Assembly (NCBI RefSeq): GCF_001447785.1 | Contig: NW_015167061.1 | Location: 2,059,770-2,123,769, forward strand | DNA length: 64,000 nt | Direction of reading: 5' to 3' | Origin: Gekko japonicus | Lineage: Eukaryota | In this document: positions 57,506 to 64,000 of the stretch, in pieces | Layout: each line of letters starts with the position of its first letter | How positions within the stretch are numbered: the stretch's first letter is position 1 | The notes under the pieces: generated by a model | The model's input: the letters and a program-made list of their open reading frames with translations, nothing else | The model's database searches: none | Told to the model about the DNA's origin: nothing | Translations under genes and position numbers: made by a program

Positions 57506-60500
57506 CTGTAGACAGGAGATGGGAGTTGGGACGTGCATCAGGAACAGATTCCGAAATAAACCCTTCCCTGAAGGAGAACACAACCTGCTTCAACACATCA
57601 CAGATGGAAATATAGGAGTCTGTGGGGGTGCCACCAGTAGAGTCTAGAAGCCTGAACAGGGAGTCGGGGTGGGGGGGACATAATCCAGCCTCATCCATGC
57701 CACCCATGGAAATCAGGAGCTATGGCAGCGCGCCAGCCATAGTCTCCCAATGACGCCAGCAGTCGGGCAAGGTGCGGGAATGGTGCTTGCACATCCTGTC
57801 CTCGTGCAGCTTTGCCCCAGAAGCATCCACACAAAGAAGAGTTGGCTTTCATACCCCGCTATTCTCTACCCGAAGGAGTCTCAAAGTGGCTTACAATTGC
57901 CTTCCCTTCCTCTCCTAAGGAGGGGGGGAGAGGAAGAGGCGGTTGGATTTATACCCCGCAGCTTACAGACCTCCTTTCCCTTCCCCTCCCCACAACCGAC
58001 ACCATGTGAGGTAGGTGGGGCTGAGAGAGCTCTTTCAAGGACAGCTCTTGTCAGAACTAAGGCTTGCCCAAGGTCACCTAGCTTGGTGCATGTGGAGGAG
58101 GAGTGGGGAATCAAACTCGGTTCTCCCAGATCAGAGTCCGCGCACTTAACCTCATACTGTAAGCCGCCCTGAGCCCGCGTGCGGGGAGGGCGGGGTATAA
58201 ATAAAATTAAATAAATAAATAAATAAATAACCACGACACCAAACTGGCCATACCAAACCACTACACAACAGGCAACCTGTGAGGCAGGTGGGGCTGAGAG
58301 AGAACTGTGACTGACCCAAGGTCACTCAGCTGGCTGCATGTGGAGGAGTGGGGAATCAAACCCGGTTCTCCAGATTAGAGTCTGCCGCTCCTGACCCCTA
58401 CACCGTGCTGGCTCTCAACGGTGGTGCTTCTAGGCCCCCTCTGTTGTGGCAGTCCAGGGTGCAAAGCTGCAGTGCGGCTGGGCAGTGAAGACGAAAGGGC
58501 CGTAAAGGGCTGGCGGTGGGGAGGAGGGATGCCGAGCTGAGCCCTGCTGCCCCCCTCCGCATCCTGGCTCTGGACAGCAGCTCCGCTTGGGGACTCCACC
58601 CCACAGCCTCCCCCTCCCCGTCCCTCCCCTGAGACAGATCAGAGGAGGACAGGACTCGGAAGCCGGACTGTGGCTGGAGGAGATGGAAAGAGGGGAATAA
58701 GAGGCATGCTGCCAAAGGTAACCTGGCAGGATACGGCCAAATCTCTTGGAGCAAACCATCCGATCTGTATGGGGGCCCTGCAGTTCTAGAGCAACTCCAA
58801 TTGCTTTTTGCACCTTGAACGAAAAATGTAGGCGAGGCCTTTATGGGAGCCTTTAACCTACGATGCTGCTGAGGCTGCCACATCTCCCTGGCCGATCCGC
58901 AGCCATTCAAGAGCAGGCACCAGCTGTCTCCAGTCTGGCGTCGTGGTGAAGTGCGCAGACTCTAATCGGGGAGAAGTGGGTTTGATTCCCCACGCCTCCA
59001 CTCGCAGCTGCTGGATGACCTTGGGGAAGCCACAGTTCTCTCAGAGCTGTTCTCTCCAGGGCAGTTCTCGAGAGAGCTCTCTCAGAACCCCACCGACCTC
59101 ACAGATTGTCTGTTGTGGGGAGGGGAAGGGAAAGGAGTTTGCGAGCTGCTCTGAGACGCCGAGGGAAGGGCCATGGGGTATCAATCCAGTCTCCTCCTCC
59201 TCCCTGTCCAGTGTTCTCAGACCTCTGTGCTGCATCTTGACCAGTGACTGAGCCTCGTCCTTCAACCACCCCGTAATAAGGACACCGCCAGCCGGAGCAC
59301 TCTAGAGGCACCCAGCCCCCTTGCTGAGGCAGAAAAGAGCAGCACCGGCTCTTCCTCTCTGCTGCTGAACTGCTGGCAACGGAGCTCTGGAGGGGGCAGA
59401 CTCGCTCGCCAGCCCCGGCAGGGAGGGCTCGCCCAGCACCCTTCGCTCGGTTCTCAAAGTCAGCCTCCGCGAAACAACTCACAGAGACTCACCAGGTCGG
59501 GGAAGTAAGCGACAGCTTTGCTGGAGGTGGTGCTGCGCTTGAAGAGCTGGGGGAGGTCGATGATGTCTTCCTCGGTCAGCCCCAGCTCCTCCTTGAGGAT
59601 GTCCCGGTTCCAGTCGATGCATTTCTGGAGAGGAGGGAAAGCAAAGCGGGGAAGTGTCTGTTCCACTGCTGGAGGAGGCACAGGTGCCACGCTCGTGCCA
59701 AGCAATTAATCTGCCACCTGTGCCAGTCTTTGCCCGTGACTCGTCACCCTGGGGCTGTTTCCTGACTCAGGTCCCTGCAGGCTTCCTGGGGGGTGTTGGC
59801 AGGCCAGTCCTCCCCCCCTCCCAGTATTGCCACAGATGGCAGAGGCTTGTTCTGTCTAGGTACAGCTGGTTGCTCCCTGTGTGCAAGATGTGCACTAGCC
59901 AAACTGTGCTCCGCTCTGCCACCCTCCCGGCCCATCTTCTTCTGTGGCTCCAGCCCGAAACTGGAGCGCGGAGAAGAGGCACACGCGCTCACACTCAGCC
60001 CAGCATCCTCTTCTTCCGTCCGGACTTGGTCCCCCACAGTTCCCGCAGCCACTTTGGCATTCGTCTCGGCGAAGACGAAGGGGCGTCTGTGACCACGAAG
60101 GGGCACCCCAGACAGCCCTTCACGAAGATTACCTGGTAATAATGGTTGGTGTTTCGCAACGTCTGGTCAGAGAGAATCTTTCTTATCGAGATTTCTTTGC
60201 TTTTTTTCACTCCTGTAACAAGAGACGGGTTTGCTGCTTCCTTTCGGCTACAGGCTCTTCCTTAACTTGATGGGTCAAACGCCTCAGTTCTCGTAAGACA
60301 AGATCTGTCCTGCACATTTTTGTCCCGCCCATCCTTCAAGGAGCTGGCGGGTGTGTGTGCATGTGGCTCTCGCCCACCTCATTTCATCATCACAGCAACC
60401 CTGTGAGGAGGGCCACCCTGTGCATGACCTGGCAGAGAAGGGATTCCGACCCAGGCTTTAGTGTCGCGAGGACATGAATACATACGAAGGCATGACGCTG

Positions 60501-62933
60501 CCTTCTACTGACTCAGCCCCTGCGTCCATCAAGGTCAGCACTGTCTAGTCAGGCTGCCAGCAGCTCTCTGGGATCCTGGGCTGAGATCTCTCACATCATC
60601 TAGTGTCCTTCCGGCCCCACTGCTGGACCTCCTGAGGGCACCTGGTATTGTTGGCCACTGTGTGACCCAGAGTGTGGGACTGGAGGGGCCACTGGCCTGA
60701 TGCAGCATTGGCTTCTCTTATGTTCTTATGTCTGGGGCGAGTGATGCTCTGCCTTCTTGGTGCTCGGGGGGGGGGGGGGGGGGGGGAGGCGCCCTGGGGA
60801 CACTGCTGGACCTCCTGAGGGCCCCTGGTATTTTTGGCCACTGTGTGACCCAGAGTGTGGGACTGGATGGGCCATTGGCTTGATCCAGCATTGGCTTCTC
60901 TTATGTCCTTATGTCTGGGGCAAGGGAGTGCTCTGCATTCTTGGTGCTTGGGTGGGGGCAAGAGTGAGAGGGCTTCTGGAGGTCTGGCCCTGCTGGTGGG
61001 CCTCCTGATGGCCCCTGGCTTTTGCCACTGTGTGACCCAGAGGGTCGGCCTGGAGGGGCCATTAGCCTGATCCAACACTTGGCTTCTCTTATGTTCTTAC
61101 CACCTGAGCCTTACTGGAGACTGAACCTGGGACCTTCTGCATGCCAAGCAGAGGCTCTGCCACTGAGCCACAGCTCCTCCCACCGCCACCCCACCCCCAC
61201 CGAGATCTAGACTTCCTATACGGTCACGCATGGCTAGCCCGTCTCTAGGGAGAATGAGACAAGTTTGTGAGGGGGCTCAGAGTAATCACAGGACTGCATA
61301 AAACTCACGTATAATGAGGCAGCCTGCTGGGCTCAGCTAAGCCACCGCTCTCTCCCCTCTGGCCAGCAGCACCTCTCACACACCGCCAGCAAGGGCCTTT
61401 TCCCAGCCTGGGACTGAAACGAGCAGATGGAACTGAGCCACGGGCCGTCTCAGCATCCCGCCACAACTCCCACACCTTGTCGTGATTCAGCCCCTCGCCG
61501 CCCAGGCCTCGGGGGGGGGGGGGGGGAAAAGGGACCCGGGGGGGGGGGGGAAGAGAAATTGGGTGGGGGTGGGCAAGCTCCGTCCTGCACGTGTGAAACC
61601 CTCCTGGGAAATTATGCTCCGGAGCAAAGGGAGAAATCGCTCCGGGGAGGAGACATCTGGTAGCCCCCAAAGCTCTGCTGATGTTGGTGAAGCAGAATGA
61701 GAGGAAACAGAGAGAACCACCATGCAGTAAAAGGAGGAGAACCCCTGGTTGGAGAAGAAGAGATTGGATTTACACCCCATGGCCCTTCACTACCCGAGGT
61801 AGTCTCAGAGCGGCTGACAAACTCCTTTCCCCTCCCCTCCCCTCCCCACCACAGACACCCTGTGAGGTAGGTGGGGCTGAGAGAGCTCTGAGAGAACTGC
61901 CCTTGAGAGAACAACTCTGAGAGAACTTATGACTGACCCAAGGTCACACCAGCAGGTGCATGTGGAGGAGTTGGGAACCAAACCCAGGTCTCCCAGATTA
62001 GAGTCTGCGCACTTACCCACTACACCGAACGGGCTCTCAATAGCTGTTGTGTTAAAAGAATTATCTTATCATTGCAACATAGTAATGCCTACCCCAGTAA
62101 CATGCCCCACACTCATCACTTCTCATGGCACCATTTTTCACAAGGCCCAAGTGATCATCCCAAGAATCTTTATATTCCCATCAACTAGACTAAAAATGCC
62201 CTTTTTTCGACAGTAGCAGCGCAGTCTTAAGGGACAGCGTATGTGGAAGACGGGGCAGTTGACGCTGCCTGACCTCACTCCGATGCTCCTGCAAAGGCAT
62301 GCCGATGTCACGAGGACACCAGCCGGACTCTCCCGGCATAGACGGGGCACTGGGAGGGGAGGAGCGGGGCTTCGGTGGGATCTCCTGGCCCAGGATCCTG
62401 GCCCCCAGCAGCCATGTAGGCTTCCGCCCACGCTGCAGTAGGCAAGGTGAACGCAGTCAAAAAAGATCACTCAATCAATGGAGCTGCCCCCTTAAAATCA
62501 AGAAGGGTTCATTCCCCCCAGGAAAGAGTGCTGAAAAACAGGTCACGCTGGAAGGTATGAAAGAACGCAAAAGGTTTTGACACCTTTAGGGAGGATTTGG
62601 CGGGAAACAATCAAATGTACCTGGCTGAACTATCTGCTCTGCAGTTCCAGAGCAGCTCCCATTGCTTTTGATAACTTGGGTGTTGCCTGGGAAGGCTTTT
62701 TTTTTAATCACAGCTTTTATCCTAAGGAGCTGTTGCGGTTGCCACTGCTCCCAAAACACCAGCAGCCGGAGTCAGCCCGGGGCAGCCTTCCCTCTCAAGC
62801 CTGAACTGCTGCACAGGCCCAAGAACCCCCTCACCTCACCTTCAAACATGACCGCGTCTCCGTGGCCCTCTTGCTCCTTCTGCTTCAGCAGTTTGTAGCA
62901 GGCGGTGGGACTGGCCAGGAGCAGGCGGAAACC
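57272..62933 (-). CDS. Second protein-arginine deiminase paralogue ('PADI-B'), exons 13-16 only; 5' part lies beyond the window
   Basis: complement(join(62840..62933,60133..60212,59493..59624,57272..57505)); ends [23 protein letters not shown]. Confidence 0.93.
59493..59624 (-). CDS. PADI-B exon 15
   Basis: [44 protein letters not shown], 132 nt. Confidence 0.95.
60133..60212 (-). CDS. PADI-B exon 14
   Basis: [27 protein letters not shown], 80 nt. Confidence 0.92.
60600..61097 (+). mobile_element. Tandem CR1 3'-UTR repeats (3 units)
   Basis: Repeated ...GGCCACTGTGTGAC...GGCTTCTCTTATGTTCTTA units. Confidence 0.75.
61751..62029 (-). mobile_element. Squam3-like SINE
   Basis: Consensus match. 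Confidence 0.78.
62840..62933 (-). CDS. PADI-B exon 13
   Basis: [31 protein letters not shown], 94 nt. Confidence 0.94.
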
Positions 62934-62961
62934 CTGGAAGCCAAAGAGGGCAGGCGGTGAG

Positions 62962-63789
62962 CAATGCTCCCTGTCTAAGCTGTAGAGTATTGTCAGCAAA
63001 AATTCAACTTTGTGAGTTACTGGCCCCACTGCTGGGCCTCCTGAGGGCCCCTGGTATTTTTGGCCACTGTGTGATACAGAGTGCTGGACTGGATGGGCCA
63101 TTGGCCTGATCCAACATTGGCTTCTCTTAAGATTCTTAATATGGAGCAGAGGTCCATCCGTGGCTATTAGCCACAAGGTATAGATTAGGAACTCTCAGTC
63201 TGGGGCAAGGGATGCTCTGTATTCTTGGTGCTTGGGGGAGGGAGGGGAACAGTGGGAGGGCTTCTGGTGTCCTGGCCCCACTGGGGGACCTCCTGAGGGC
63301 ACCTGGTATTTCTGGCCACTGTGTGACACAGAGTGTTGGGCTGGATTGGCCATTGGCCTGATCCAACATTGGCTTCTCTTCTGTTCTTATGGATAAGCAT
63401 ATGGAGAAGAGGTCCATCAGTGGCTATTAGCCACAAGGTATAGATAGGAACTCTTGGTCTGGGGCAAGGGATGCTCTGTATTCTTGGTGCTTGGGGGGGG
63501 GGGAACAGGGGGAGGGCTTCAAGTGTCCCGGCCCCGCTGCTGGACCTCCTGATGACACCTGGTATTTTTGGCCACTGTGTGACAGAGTGTTGGACTAGAT
63601 GAGCCATTGGCCTGATCCAGCACTGGTTTCTCTTCTGTTCTTATGTTCTTAAGTTGTGAGCGAGCGATTTGGCTACTGCATAAATCACTTTGTTTTGGAG
63701 TCATCCTTCCTGAGCTAAGACAAAAAGTGTGAGCTGGGGGCTAAAAAATTGTGAGCTAGCTCACACTAACTCAGCTTAGAGGGAACATG
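62962..63789. mobile_element. Family-1 hAT MITE interrupted by a tandem CR1 3'-UTR array (~63021-63650)
   Basis: 8-bp TSD GCGGTGAG (62954-62961 / 63790-63797); the empty site is seen in PADI-A at ~26634. Confidence 0.85.
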
Positions 63790-64000
63790 GCGGTGAGTGA
63801 GAAAGGGGTGGGTGGGGGGAGAAGCAGGAAGGAGACAGGGCTGATCTGTAGCACTTTAAAAAACGTTTCATTCAATGGCAGGGCCTCGGCGTTTGCCTTC
63901 ATTTATACACTCCCCATTCTCCCTCTGAGTGCCTCAGCACTGCTGAGCGGATCCTTTTCCTGGGCAGGAGGAAGCAGGAATTGCTCCTTTTATCCCTTTA

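Noticed and set aside
60600-61097. Regularly spaced repeats resembling a CRISPR array
   Set aside because: Vertebrate DNA; the units are CR1 3' UTR copies with no unique spacers or cas genes.

Overview
Vertebrate (squamate, probably gecko-type, judged from Sauria/Squam3-like SINEs, CR1 and BovB repeats) genomic DNA, not prokaryotic. The + strand carries the coding region of RCC2 (12 coding exons, 2166-19967, polyA signal 21894). Convergent with it on the - strand are a complete 16-exon peptidyl-arginine deiminase gene (PADI-A, ATG 49016 to stop 23143, about 728 aa, all catalytic and most Ca2+-ligand residues intact) and the last four exons of a tandem paralogue (PADI-B, 62933-57272). The standout observation is PADI-A exon 9: it is 304 nt instead of the usual 112 nt because it holds five diverged, in-frame 48-nt/16-aa copies of a helix at the start of the catalytic domain, just upstream of the catalytic Asp. 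Three of the copies keep in-register CAG acceptors. The two PADI paralogues also show patchy gene-conversion tracts and a shared 3' UTR block. Introns are dense with SINEs, CR1/BovB fragments, hAT and Harbinger-type MITEs and a Penelope-type palindrome. Exon boundaries were read by hand; repeat boundaries are approximate, and family names and human reference sequences come from recall, not from a search.
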